DNA of 64,000 nt from Clostridia bacterium (lineage in GTDB: Bacteria; Bacillota; Clostridia; TANB77; CAG-508). The notes under the pieces are model-generated. The model was not told the origin of the DNA. It searched no databases and saw only the letters and a list, made by a program, of their open reading frames with translations. The stretch spans positions 24,295 to 88,294 of the forward strand of contig JAZUKV010000033.1 of assembly GCA_045643465.1 (NCBI GenBank), read 5' to 3'. The position numbers and the translations under genes were made by a program. Shown here piece after piece: positions 55,320-64,000 of this stretch; position 1 is the first letter of the stretch; each line of letters starts with the position of its first letter.

Positions 55320-57062
55320 ATGCAGAAAAAATCGATATCAAGGTTTAAAAAGATGCTTAAACCATACAGAAAAATTTTAATAATAGTTACTATAATGGCT
55401 TTGCTTATAGATATTTGTGAATTAATAAAACCGGTTTTGGTAAAGGAAATAATGGAAAAATATTTACCAAATCAAGTTTTTGAACAAAACGGAATAAGCA
55501 TAGCAATTATATGTATAGCATATTTAGGCATAGTTTTAATAGGAAATATTATAGATTATATAAACAGAATTACTACTAGTAAAATTGGAGAAGATGTAGT
55601 CTATGGATTAAGATCTAAATTATATAAATATATAGAAAAATCTAATATTACTTTTCATGATAAAACTCCTTCGGGGAAATTGTTTGTGAGAGTAGTAAAT
55701 GATACAGAAGACGTATATTGCTTATTTAGTGATGTAATAACTACTTTTCCAAAAGATGTTATCATTATAATTGGTCTTTTAATAGTTATGATTTGCTTAA
55801 GTATTCAATTATCATTAGTAAATATATTAGTAATACCATTAATATTAATAGTTTCAATAACAATTACTAAAGCACTTAATAAAATATATGCTAAATCAAA
55901 AGAAGTCAGAACAAAATTGAATACATTTTTGGCAGAATCAATTTATGGTGTAAAATTAATAAAAATATTTAACAGACAAAAAGAAAAACAAGAAGAATGT
56001 GAAAGATGTACTACAGAGCATAGAAATACAGCAAAGGGATTAGGATTTCTATTAGGAATCTTGCCGGCAGCTATGGAAATAATTCAAAATATTGGTTGTG
56101 TTATAATTATATTAATTTGTGCTAATAAGTGGTTAGGCGTAAATGTAGATCCAAGTATTACATATTTATTTGTTACATATTTAAGAAAAATATTTGATCC
56201 GATAGATAGAATTATTGAAAATATGGAGATTGTTGAAGATGCGATGAGCTCTATAGATAAAGTATATGAAATATTAGAGCATGAAGAGTTTGTAGAGAAT
56301 CAAACTGTTGGGTTGAATTTAGAAAATCCGAAAGGAAAAATAGAGTTTAAACATGTATGGTTTGCTTATGAAGATGAAAATTGGATTTTAAAAGATGTTA
56401 GTTTTACTATAAATCCAGGTGAAAGCATTGCTTTAGTTGGTAAAACAGGTTCAGGGAAGACTACAATTACAAATTTGATTAATAGATTTTATACTATACA
56501 AAAAGGTGAAATTCTATTAGATGGTGTTAATATAAATGATATTAGCTTAAAGTCATTAAGAGCAAGTATAGGAACTATTTTGCAAGATCCATTTATATTT
56601 GCAAAATCTATAAAAGAAAATATTAAATTGTATGAAGATATATCAGATGAAAAGGTAGAGGAAGCTGTTAAATTAGCCTCAGCAACAGAATTTGTTAATT
56701 CTTTAAATAATGGATTAGAAGAAATTGCTTCAGAGCGAGGAAATTCATATTCGGCAGGGCAAAAACAATTAATAGCTTTTGCAAGGATATTTGCTAAAAA
56801 TCCTTCAATATTTATATTAGATGAGGCAACTGCAAATATTGATACAAAGACTGAAAATTTAATACAAAAATCGGTTGATAAGATTTCATCAGAAAAAACA
56901 TCAATTTTTATTGCACATAGACTTTCAACTATTGTAAATGTGGATAAAATATTTGTCCTAAACCAAGGTGAAATTATTGAGCAAGGAAATCATGCAGAGC
57001 TTATAAAGCAAAATGGATATTATTCTAAGTTATATAATGCTTATTATAATAGTTTAATATAA
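55320..57062 (+). CDS. ABC exporter half-transporter (TMD-NBD) with a deviant signature motif
   Basis: Walker A is GKTGSGKTT. The signature is YSAGQKQL, which is deviant. Walker B is IFILDEATANID, which is canonical. Confidence 0.9.
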   Translation: MQKKSISRFKKMLKPYRKILIIVTIMALLIDICELIKPVLVKEIMEKYLPNQVFEQNGISIAIICIAYLGIVLIGNIIDYINRITTSKIGEDVVYGLRSKLYKYIEKSNITFHDKTPSGKLFVRVVNDTEDVYCLFSDVITTFPKDVIIIIGLLIVMICLSIQLSLVNILVIPLILIVSITITKALNKIYAKSKEVRTKLNTFLAESIYGVKLIKIFNRQKEKQEECERCTTEHRNTAKGLGFLLGILPAAMEIIQNIGCVIIILICANKWLGVNVDPSITYLFVTYLRKIFDPIDRIIENMEIVEDAMSSIDKVYEILEHEEFVENQTVGLNLENPKGKIEFKHVWFAYEDENWILKDVSFTINPGESIALVGKTGSGKTTITNLINRFYTIQKGEILLDGVNINDISLKSLRASIGTILQDPFIFAKSIKENIKLYEDISDEKVEEAVKLASATEFVNSLNNGLEEIASERGNSYSAGQKQLIAFARIFAKNPSIFILDEATANIDTKTENLIQKSVDKISSEKTSIFIAHRLSTIVNVDKIFVLNQGEIIEQGNHAELIKQNGYYSKLYNAYYNSLI

Positions 57063-57068
57063 GATAAA

Positions 57069-57108
57069 AAATAGATGATAATAATGTGCTTTATTATCAT
57101 CTATTTTT
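57069..57108. terminator. Bidirectional terminator
   Basis: atagatgataata...tattatcatctat flanked by A/T runs. Confidence 0.65.
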
Positions 57109-57111
57109 ATA

Positions 57112-57603
57112 TTAATTAAGTATAGCTCCGGCTGCTCCGAATGCACCTGCTGAAGCTAGACCCATAATTATTCCTGCTAATATAACTCCTGCCATTACTG
57201 CAATGCTGCTCTTTTTGAAATCTAAATCTAAAAAGCTAGCAGCTAAAGTTCCAGTCCATGCACCTGTTCCAGGAATAGGAATTCCTACGAAAAGGAATAA
57301 TGCAAAATAAATTCCACGTCCAGCTTTTTTTTGTAATTTTTCTCCACCTTTTTCACCTTTTTCTAGGCAAAATCTAAAAAATTTGCCAATAAATTTTTTA
57401 TCAGATCCCCAAACTAAGACTTTTCTTGCAAAGAAGAAAATAAGTGGTACTGGAAGCATATTTCCTAAAATGCAGGTGATGTATAATGGAATTAAAGGTA
57501 ATGGATCTCCCATCCAAGGACTTAGACCTACTGGAATAGCTCCTCTTAGCTCTACAATTGGAACCATAGATATTAAAAATACTATTATTAATTTTTTAAA
57601 CAT
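57112..57603 (-). CDS. Small multidrug export-like membrane protein (COG2426 / Sm_multidrug_ex)
   Basis: The N-terminus is ISMVPIVELRGAIPVG. About 4-5 TM segments. Confidence 0.8.
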   Translation of the reverse strand: MFKKLIIVFLISMVPIVELRGAIPVGLSPWMGDPLPLIPLYITCILGNMLPVPLIFFFARKVLVWGSDKKFIGKFFRFCLEKGEKGGEKLQKKAGRGIYFALFLFVGIPIPGTGAWTGTLAASFLDLDFKKSSIAVMAGVILAGIIMGLASAGAFGAAGAILN

Positions 57604-57747
57604 AATTATTCTCCTTATTTAATATTGACTGGAAATAATTTTACTATAATATTTATTAATTGTCTAGAGAAAAATTTATTTAATGAGTTGACATAAGCAT
57701 AAAAAATATGATAATATATAATAATCAATAAAAAAGGAGGGGCTAAT

Positions 57748-58227
57748 ATGCCTAATTCAGCACTGTTGCAAGATTGTATTCAAATGTCATCAACTGTAGA
57801 AAAAAAGCAAGACATTAATATTTCTGGAACTTATTATCCGGAAGAAAAAACTGTAAAAAACTATACAATTTGGTTTGAAGAAGCAATTCCAGATTCTTTT
57901 CAAGCTGATTGTGAAACTAGCAATGTAGAAGAATTACCTATTATACGGTTACTGAAAGATGCATATAATCATGAAAAAATACCAACAAAGTATATATCGC
58001 TAGAATATGAAATACCAATTTTAGATAATTACATAACATATTGTAGATTAAAGTTAAATAAGTATGAAGAGCGAGTATTTAGCATACGTTCAGAGCATTG
58101 GATGATATATATTTATTTTGACCACGTGAAGTGTGTAAATGTTCATCCAGGTATAAAAAGCAAATTATCTAAAAAGTTAGATTTTTTTAAAGAAATTTTA
58201 AATAAAATCGAAGTTTTTTACAAGTAA
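57748..58227 (+). CDS. Hypothetical cytoplasmic protein (159 aa)
   Basis: Strong SD (aaggagg). No family recognised. Confidence 0.7.
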   Translation: MPNSALLQDCIQMSSTVEKKQDINISGTYYPEEKTVKNYTIWFEEAIPDSFQADCETSNVEELPIIRLLKDAYNHEKIPTKYISLEYEIPILDNYITYCRLKLNKYEERVFSIRSEHWMIYIYFDHVKCVNVHPGIKSKLSKKLDFFKEILNKIEVFYK

Positions 58228-58341
58228 ATTATATGTTTTATGGGCTGTACAATTATTGTATGGCTCTTTTTCTATATAATTATTGTAATTATAATATATT
58301 TGGAGTAATATAATTTTATAAAATGCTTTGGAGGTAGATTA

Positions 58342-58962
58342 ATGAAAGTTATATTAATAAATGGAAGTGGACATCAAAATGGTTGCACATATACAGCTTT
58401 GAAAGAAGTTGAAAAAGTATTGCAATGTAATAATATAGAAACAGAAATCATCTGGTTAGGTGTTGAGCCAATTGCCGGTTGTATAGGCTGTGGGGTGTGT
58501 ATCAAAACGGGTAAATGTTTTAGAAATGATATTGTAAATGAATTTATAGAAAAAGCTAAAGAAGCAGATGGATTTATATTTGGAAGCCCTGTACATTATG
58601 CATCAGCAAGTGGAATGGTTACATCGTTTATGGATAGAGCATTTTACGGGAGAGCAAGCATATTCAAAAATAAACCTGCAGCAGCTATAGTTTCTTGCAG
58701 ACGAGGTGGAGCAACTGCTGCTCTTGATATGTTAAATAAATATTTTTCAATGAATTGTATGCCTATAGTAACTTCTCAATATTGGAATATGGTTCATGGA
58801 AATAACCCAGAAGAGGTAAAACAAGATCTTGAAGGAATGCAAACAATGAGAACACTTGGAAACAACATGGCTTGGTTACTAAAATGTATTGAATGTGCAA
58901 AAACAAATGGAATTGAGTATCCTGAAAATGAACAAATTGTTAGAACAAATTTTATAAAATAA
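58342..58962 (+). CDS. Flavodoxin-like fold NAD(P)H-dependent FMN reductase / iron-sulfur flavoprotein-like
   Basis: MKVILINGSGHQNGCTY N-terminus and the Cys cluster GCIGCGVCIKTGKC. Confidence 0.8.
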   Translation: MKVILINGSGHQNGCTYTALKEVEKVLQCNNIETEIIWLGVEPIAGCIGCGVCIKTGKCFRNDIVNEFIEKAKEADGFIFGSPVHYASASGMVTSFMDRAFYGRASIFKNKPAAAIVSCRRGGATAALDMLNKYFSMNCMPIVTSQYWNMVHGNNPEEVKQDLEGMQTMRTLGNNMAWLLKCIECAKTNGIEYPENEQIVRTNFIK

Positions 58963-58969
58963 GAAATTA

Positions 58970-58994
58970 GAAGTGGTTAATACCACTTTTTTTA
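58970..58994 (+). terminator. Rho-independent terminator
   Basis: aagtggt-taat-accactt followed by T7. Confidence 0.6.
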
Positions 58995-59074
58995 ATGTAA
59001 GAAATGTAAGAATTGTTGTATTAAAAAGAGTTGTATGTTATAAATTAAAGAGATTTTTATAAGGAATGGTGTAT

Positions 59075-59707
59075 ATGAAATATTATAATTGGATAAAAAG
59101 TATAGACGAAAAAGAATTAAATGAAGTGATAGAAATTTTAAAAAATGATGGAATAATTATATTTCCAACTGAAACTGTTTATGGCATAGGTGGAAATGCA
59201 TTATCAAATGAAGTAATAGATAGAGTTTATGAAGCTAAAAAAAGACCAAGAGAAAAAGCAGTAAACATTATGGTTTCAAATATAAATGAAATAAAAAAAT
59301 ATGCAGATATAACATGTGAATTAGAGCAAAAGATTATTGAAAAATGCATGCCAGGACCAATAACTTTAATATTGAAGAAGAAAGAAAATTTTGGCGATTA
59401 TTTTACTGCAGATAATGATACAATAGGTGTTAGAATTCCAGATAATAAAATAATTAACAGTATATTAGATAAAATTGATTTTCCAATAATAGCTCCAAGT
59501 GCTAATATTTCTGGTCAGCCTAGTGGGATTGATGTTAATGGAATAATTGATGATTTTAGAGATAGTGTTGATGCAATAATAGATGGTGGACAAGCTAAAT
59601 TAGGATTAGGTTCAACAATTATAAAGGTTATAGATGGTGAAATAAATATATTAAGAGCTGGAAAATTATCAAAACAAGATATTTTAAATCAAATATCTGA
59701 AAAATAG
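59075..59707 (+). CDS. tsaC: L-threonylcarbamoyladenylate synthase (TsaC/YwlC type)
   Basis: IIIFPTETVYGIGGNA and APSANISGQPS motifs. Confidence 0.9.
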   Translation: MKYYNWIKSIDEKELNEVIEILKNDGIIIFPTETVYGIGGNALSNEVIDRVYEAKKRPREKAVNIMVSNINEIKKYADITCELEQKIIEKCMPGPITLILKKKENFGDYFTADNDTIGVRIPDNKIINSILDKIDFPIIAPSANISGQPSGIDVNGIIDDFRDSVDAIIDGGQAKLGLGSTIIKVIDGEINILRAGKLSKQDILNQISEK

Positions 59708-59726
59708 AATAATAAGAGAGGTAAAA

Positions 59727-61733
59727 ATGAATTACAGAATTACAAATGGATCTGTAGAATTTGGTGCGGAAACGATTTTAGAGCAGATTAACATTGAAAT
59801 AAAAGATAAAGAAAAAATTGCAATAATAGGTAGAAATGGTGCAGGAAAATCTACTTTATTAAAAGCTATTATAAATAACGAAATGCTTACAGAAGGTAGT
59901 GGTGAAGAAAAATTTAATATATACAAAGAGGGAAATCCAGTAATTGGATATCTAAAACAAATGGAATTTGAAGATGATAGTATTACTATGATTGATGAAA
60001 TTTTAAAAGTTTACAAGCCAATGATTGATTTAGAGAAAAAAATAGACATGCTAGTAGAAAAAATGCAGTTTGATAAATCTAATGAATTAGCAAATGAATA
60101 CTCAAAAGCGATGGATAGATATGAGTTTTTAGATGGATATACATATAAAAAAGAATATGAAACAGCAATTAACAAATTTGGATTTTCAGAGCAAGATAAG
60201 TTCAAAAAAATTAGTGAATTTTCAGGTGGACAGAGAACAAAAATTGCGTTTATAAAGTTACTATTAAGCAAACCAGATATATTATTATTAGATGAACCAA
60301 CAAATCATTTAGATGTTACAACAATAGAGTGGTTAGAGCAATATTTAAAAAATTATCCTAAATCGGTAGTAATAGTTTCACATGATAGAATGTTTTTAGA
60401 TAAAATAGTTAGTAAAGTTTACGAGATTGAATATGGTGAAATTACTGAATATTCTGGAAATTACACATTTTTCGAACATCAAAAAAAGGTAAATTATGAA
60501 AGACAGCTTAAAGATTATGAATATCAGCAAAAAGAAATAAAACGTTTAAATGATATTGTTACAAGATTTAAATATAAGCCAACAAAAGCTAAAATGGCAA
60601 TGTCAAAATTAAAACAAATAGAGCGTATGGTTAAAATTGAGGAACCAAATCGTTATGATTTAACAACATTCAAAACGAATTTTATTGTAGAAAAGCAAAG
60701 TGGAAAAGATGTAATATATGCAAAAGATTTAGAAATAGGGTATACAAGCTCTATTCAAAAGATTTCTTTTAATTTATACAAAGGACAAAAGTTAGCGGTA
60801 ATAGGAGAAAATGGAATTGGAAAATCTACACTATTAAAAACATTGGTAGGAACGATAAAAAAGGTTAATGGGGAATTTCAATTCGGGCATAATGTAACTA
60901 TTGGATATTTTGATCAACAAATGGCATTACTTGATTCAGAAAAAACAGTATTAGAAGATTTTGCAAATGAATTTCCAGATTTAACAACAACACAATTAAG
61001 AAATTCTTTAGCAGCATTCATGTTTTATGGGGAAGATGTTTTCAAAAAAATAAATATGTTATCTGGAGGAGAAAAAGTAAGGCTACAATTATGCAAAATA
61101 CTAAAAAAAGGTCTAAATTTATTAATATTGGATGAGCCAACAAACCATATGGATATTATAGGAAAAGAAAGTTTAGAGCTATTACTAAAAGAGTATACGG
61201 GGTCAATAATATTCGTATCACATGATAGATTTTTTGTAAATAAAATAGCAGATTCATTATTGATATTTAAAAAAGAGAATGTTACATATTTTGATGGAAC
61301 ATATGAGGAATACCAAAAAAATGAATTAGAAAAAAATGGTGAAAAAATAGATTTAAAAGAAACAAAAATAAAAAAGGTAAAAGAAGAAAATTCAAATGTG
61401 AAAGCATCAAACATAAAAGAATCAAACATAGAAGAAACAAATGTTGAAAAATCAAAAGTAAAAGATAATAACATAAAAAAGGCAAATAATACATATTTAA
61501 TGCAAAAAGAAAAAAACAAAGCTTTAGCCAAAACAAAAAAAATAGAGCGAGAAATAACTGACTTAGAAAACCAAATAAAAGAATACAACGAACAATTACT
61601 AGACGAGAGCAATTTCTCAGATTATGAAAAATTAGCCGAAATTCAAAATAAAATAGAAGAATGCAATACATTAATCGAAAGCAAGATGCAAGAGTGGGAG
61701 GAATTGGGGACGGTTCTAAATTCCACTTTTTAG
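59727..61733 (+). CDS. ABC-F family ATPase with a Lys/Glu/Asn-rich C-terminal tail
   Basis: Two NBDs (GRNGAGKST / FSGGQRTK and GENGIGKST / LSGGEKVR) and no TMD. The last 8 codons (GTVLNSTF) and the stop codon are supplied by the repeat at 61706-61726. Confidence 0.92.
   Translation: MNYRITNGSVEFGAETILEQINIEIKDKEKIAIIGRNGAGKSTLLKAIINNEMLTEGSGEEKFNIYKEGNPVIGYLKQMEFEDDSITMIDEILKVYKPMIDLEKKIDMLVEKMQFDKSNELANEYSKAMDRYEFLDGYTYKKEYETAINKFGFSEQDKFKKISEFSGGQRTKIAFIKLLLSKPDILLLDEPTNHLDVTTIEWLEQYLKNYPKSVVIVSHDRMFLDKIVSKVYEIEYGEITEYSGNYTFFEHQKKVNYERQLKDYEYQQKEIKRLNDIVTRFKYKPTKAKMAMSKLKQIERMVKIEEPNRYDLTTFKTNFIVEKQSGKDVIYAKDLEIGYTSSIQKISFNLYKGQKLAVIGENGIGKSTLLKTLVGTIKKVNGEFQFGHNVTIGYFDQQMALLDSEKTVLEDFANEFPDLTTTQLRNSLAAFMFYGEDVFKKINMLSGGEKVRLQLCKILKKGLNLLILDEPTNHMDIIGKESLELLLKEYTGSIIFVSHDRFFVNKIADSLLIFKKENVTYFDGTYEEYQKNELEKNGEKIDLKETKIKKVKEENSNVKASNIKESNIEETNVEKSKVKDNNIKKANNTYLMQKEKNKALAKTKKIEREITDLENQIKEYNEQLLDESNFSDYEKLAEIQNKIEECNTLIESKMQEWEELGTVLNSTF
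61706..61726 (+). repeat. Left terminal inverted repeat, GGGGACGGTTCTAAATTCCAC
   Basis: Identical to the 21-mer at 14614-14634 on the minus strand. It is an inverted match to 62354-62373 (17 of 20 by eye). Confidence 0.75.
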
Positions 61734-61783
61734 AAAAAAGGGACAGATTTAATTAAAAGAATATACTTAATTGGGAGGAAAAT

Positions 61784-62344
61784 ATGAATACAATTAAAAA
61801 AATCTATAAACATTTTTGTTTAGTATCAAAGCATAGGTGGTATGTGTTTAAATTATCAATAAAAGCAGGAATTCCTTTTAGAGGATTTTTGCATGATTTA
61901 TCAAAATTTTCTCCAACTGAGTTTTTTGAAAGCGTAAAATATTATAATGGGCAAAAGAGCCCACTTCAGGTTTGTAGGGAGCAAAACGGATATTCAAAAT
62001 CTTGGCTTCACCATAAAGGCAGAAATAAACACCATTTAGAATATTGGGAAGATATTTCTATTCTAGGAAGAAAAGGGGCTGTTATTCCATATAAATATTT
62101 AGTAGAAGCAATATGTGATAAGGTAGCCGCAGGGATGGTGTATAAAGGAAAAGCTTGGAATCAGGAAGAGCCATTAAAATATTGGGCGAATGTAGAAAGC
62201 AAATCACCAGTGGATAAACATCCAACAACAATGGCTTTTATAAATACAGTACTGAAAAAAATAGCTGATGATGGAATAAATGCAGCAATTAATAAAAAGT
62301 ACTTAATGAAAACGTATAATGAAATAGTAAATAATGAAAAATAA
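61784..62344 (+). CDS. Conserved hypothetical with His-rich motifs (resembles DUF5662)
   Basis: FLHDLSKFSPTEF and WLHHKGRNKHHLEYW motifs. Strong SD. Confidence 0.75.
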   Translation: MNTIKKIYKHFCLVSKHRWYVFKLSIKAGIPFRGFLHDLSKFSPTEFFESVKYYNGQKSPLQVCREQNGYSKSWLHHKGRNKHHLEYWEDISILGRKGAVIPYKYLVEAICDKVAAGMVYKGKAWNQEEPLKYWANVESKSPVDKHPTTMAFINTVLKKIADDGINAAINKKYLMKTYNEIVNNEK

Positions 62345-62353
62345 TTTAAAAAA

Positions 62354-62382
62354 GTGGAAAAGAGAACCGTCCCGAATTCCAC
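62354..62382 (+). repeat. Right terminal inverted repeat region, GTGGAAAAGAGAACCGTCCC-GAATTCCAC
   Basis: The reverse complement of 62354-62373 is GGGACGGTTCTCTTTTCCAC. GTGGAA...TTCCAC also forms a local stem. Confidence 0.75.
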
Positions 62383-62399
62383 TAAAAGGAGGAAGAAGA

Positions 62400-63488
62400 A
62401 TGGAAGATATTACGAGACCAACAGTTTTGGAGATTAATTTGGAAAATTTTGAATATAATATTTCAAAGATTAAAGAGAAAATTGGCAATGATGTAACTGT
62501 GATGCCTGTTATTAAGGCTAATGGGTATGGAACATATATTAATAAAAGACTTGATGTTTTAAATATGTTTGAAATAGTTGCAGTTGCAACTGTTGATGAA
62601 GGTGTGCATATTAGAAATCTTGGATTTGATAAAGAAATTTTTGTGTTAAATCAACCTTTTGAAACTGAAATTGATAAGATTATTAAATATAATATTACAG
62701 TGGGAATAAGTTCATATAGTTTTGCTGAAAAATTAGGTGAAACTAATAAAGATGTAAATATACATATTGAAATTGGTACTGGCATGGGAAGAACAGGAGT
62801 ACATCCATATAAAGTAGAGCAATTTTTAAAATCGTTAAAACAGAATGTTCATGTTGAGGGAATCTACACACATCTATCATCTGCTGATATAGATGATGAT
62901 TATACAAAAGCTCAATTAAAGTCATTCAATTTGGCAGTTGATAATGCTAAATCAATTTTAGGAGATATAAAATATATTCATGCGGCAGCATCTAATGCAA
63001 TTTTAAATTATCCAGAGTCTCATTTTAATTTGGTAAGACCTGGAATAATTATTTATGGATATCCAGCTTCAGATGATACATTAACTAAAATTGATTTGAA
63101 ACCGATAGCAACTTTAAAATCAAAAATTTCATTTTTGAAAACTGTAGATACTGGTACAAGTATAGGATATAGTAGAAGCTATATTACAAAAAAAGAAACA
63201 AAAGTTGCTACAGTTCCAATTGGTTATGCCGATGGAATGAGAAGAACGTTTTCTAATGGTTGGGAGGTTCTTATAAATGGTAAAAAAGTACCGATTATTG
63301 GAAAAGTTTGTATGGATAGTTTTATGGTTGATGTTACAGGTCTAAATGATGTTGAATTGGGTGATGAAGTAATAATTTGGGATAATAAAAATATTACATT
63401 GGAGCAGTTAGCAGATAAATGTAATACAATTAACTATGAAATTTTATGTACAATAGGTGATAGAGTTCCAAGAAAGTTTATAAAATAA
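62400..63488 (+). CDS. alr: Alanine racemase
   Basis: VMPVIKANGYG (PLP Lys) motif. The ATG at 62400 follows an aaaggagg SD. The track start at 62334 runs through the repeat. Confidence 0.93.
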   Translation: MEDITRPTVLEINLENFEYNISKIKEKIGNDVTVMPVIKANGYGTYINKRLDVLNMFEIVAVATVDEGVHIRNLGFDKEIFVLNQPFETEIDKIIKYNITVGISSYSFAEKLGETNKDVNIHIEIGTGMGRTGVHPYKVEQFLKSLKQNVHVEGIYTHLSSADIDDDYTKAQLKSFNLAVDNAKSILGDIKYIHAAASNAILNYPESHFNLVRPGIIIYGYPASDDTLTKIDLKPIATLKSKISFLKTVDTGTSIGYSRSYITKKETKVATVPIGYADGMRRTFSNGWEVLINGKKVPIIGKVCMDSFMVDVTGLNDVELGDEVIIWDNKNITLEQLADKCNTINYEILCTIGDRVPRKFIK

Positions 63489-63544
63489 AAGAAAAAAATT
63501 GTAAAAAAGTAAACCACGAAAACCCAATAGAAATGGGATTTGTT

Positions 63545-63576
63545 AACTGCAGTTGACAAATTTCCAACTGTAGTTG
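63545..63576 (+). promoter_or_regulatory. Candidate operator/promoter of the XRE-family gene
   Basis: Inverted repeat aactgcagttg-N10-caactgtagtt overlaps a TTGACA. A further gcaactg half-site lies at 63584-63590. Confidence 0.4.
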
Positions 63577-63630
63577 GTGGTGTGCAACTGATAAAAATGG
63601 TAAAATTTAACACGAAAGAGAGGTAAAAAA

Positions 63631-64000
63631 ATGGACTTAGGAAAAAAGCTATTTGAATTAAGAAAAAAGAAAAATTTGTCACAAGAAGATGTTGCAAATA
63701 ATTTAAATGTAACAAGGCAAACAGTATCAAAATGGGAAACTAATCAAAGTACACCTGATTTTGATAAAATAGTACCTATATGTGAATTATTTGAAATTTC
63801 GACAGAAGAGCTTTTAAAAGAAGAAATAAAAAAAGAAGATGTCGAAGAAAATGAAGATGTAAAAAATGAAGAAAAATTAAAAAAACATTTATTTATTAGA
63901 GGGAAAGAAGATAAGATTAATTATGAAAATATGAATAAAAATCAAATTAATCAAAAATCTGCAGAAGTAGTTAGTAGCTCAATCTTATTGTTTTTCATAG
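63631..64000 (+). CDS. XRE-family HTH transcriptional regulator (3' end beyond the window)
   Basis: It begins MDLGKKLFELRKKKNLSQEDVANNLNVTRQTVSKWETNQSTPD. SD is agagagg. The frame is open to the window edge. Confidence 0.85.
   Translation, partial: MDLGKKLFELRKKKNLSQEDVANNLNVTRQTVSKWETNQSTPDFDKIVPICELFEISTEELLKEEIKKEDVEENEDVKNEEKLKKHLFIRGKEDKINYENMNKNQINQKSAEVVSSSILLFFI

Larger units (their letters stand above)
61706..62373 (+). mobile_element. Candidate non-autonomous TIR-bounded cassette (668 bp) carrying one gene
   Basis: Roughly 20 nt inverted repeats lie at both ends. GAATT occurs immediately outside both ends (61701-61705 and 62374-62378). No transposase lies inside. Confidence 0.4.

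Noticed and set aside
61330-61640. Repetitive Lys/Glu/Asn-rich coding stretch in the ABC-F tail as a separate repeat element
   Set aside because: It is in frame, low-complexity and coiled-coil-like, as is common in ABC-F C-terminal extensions. It is not a DNA-level repeat family.
62334-62399. Upstream extension of alr (track start 62334, MKNNLKKWKREPSRIPLKGGRR)
   Set aside because: It overlaps the stop codon of the preceding gene and is encoded by the inverted-repeat element. The ATG at 62400 has a strong SD and matches the usual Alr N-terminus.

Overview
The window is a strongly AT-rich chromosomal segment from an endospore-forming Firmicute that looks like Clostridia. Supporting genes are a gerA-family germinant receptor operon, gpr, spoIVB and an alpha/beta-type SASP. 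An SPQTG sortase signal matches the Clostridioides type. Most of the window is housekeeping. This includes maf, murB, yvcK, a glycogen debranching enzyme, holA, the gap-pgk-tpiA-gpmI glycolytic cluster, glgP, pyk, a NifS-type desulfurase, proS behind a T-box, a heterodimeric ABC exporter, tsaC, an ABC-F protein and alr. Five places are not ordinary.
1. 1190-2118 holds a gene for a protein 64/76 identical to eukaryotic ubiquitin. It sits inside what looks like a disrupted secreted, sortase-anchored surface-protein gene.
2. 26884-37635 is a roughly 10.4 kb insertion flanked by ~305 bp direct repeats. The repeats duplicate the promoter and first 84 codons of an M15 peptidoglycan peptidase gene. 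The insertion carries three cassettes of a large orphan protein plus a small partner protein, a LysR regulator and a decayed Bro/DinD gene. No recombinase is present.
3. A ~20 nt inverted-repeat family brackets a single 186-aa gene at 61706-62373, with a possible 5 bp target duplication. A third, collapsed copy lies inside the ger operon.
4. 40774-41050 is an orphan, structured ~240 nt RNA gene with a consensus promoter and its own terminator.
5. A NifU-like plus GGGtGRT gene pair occupies the position after gpmI where eno usually sits.
Several apparent frameshifts fall at homopolymers, so pseudogene calls need read-level confirmation. I found no CRISPR array, no rRNA, and no recognisable restriction-modification system or other known defence system.
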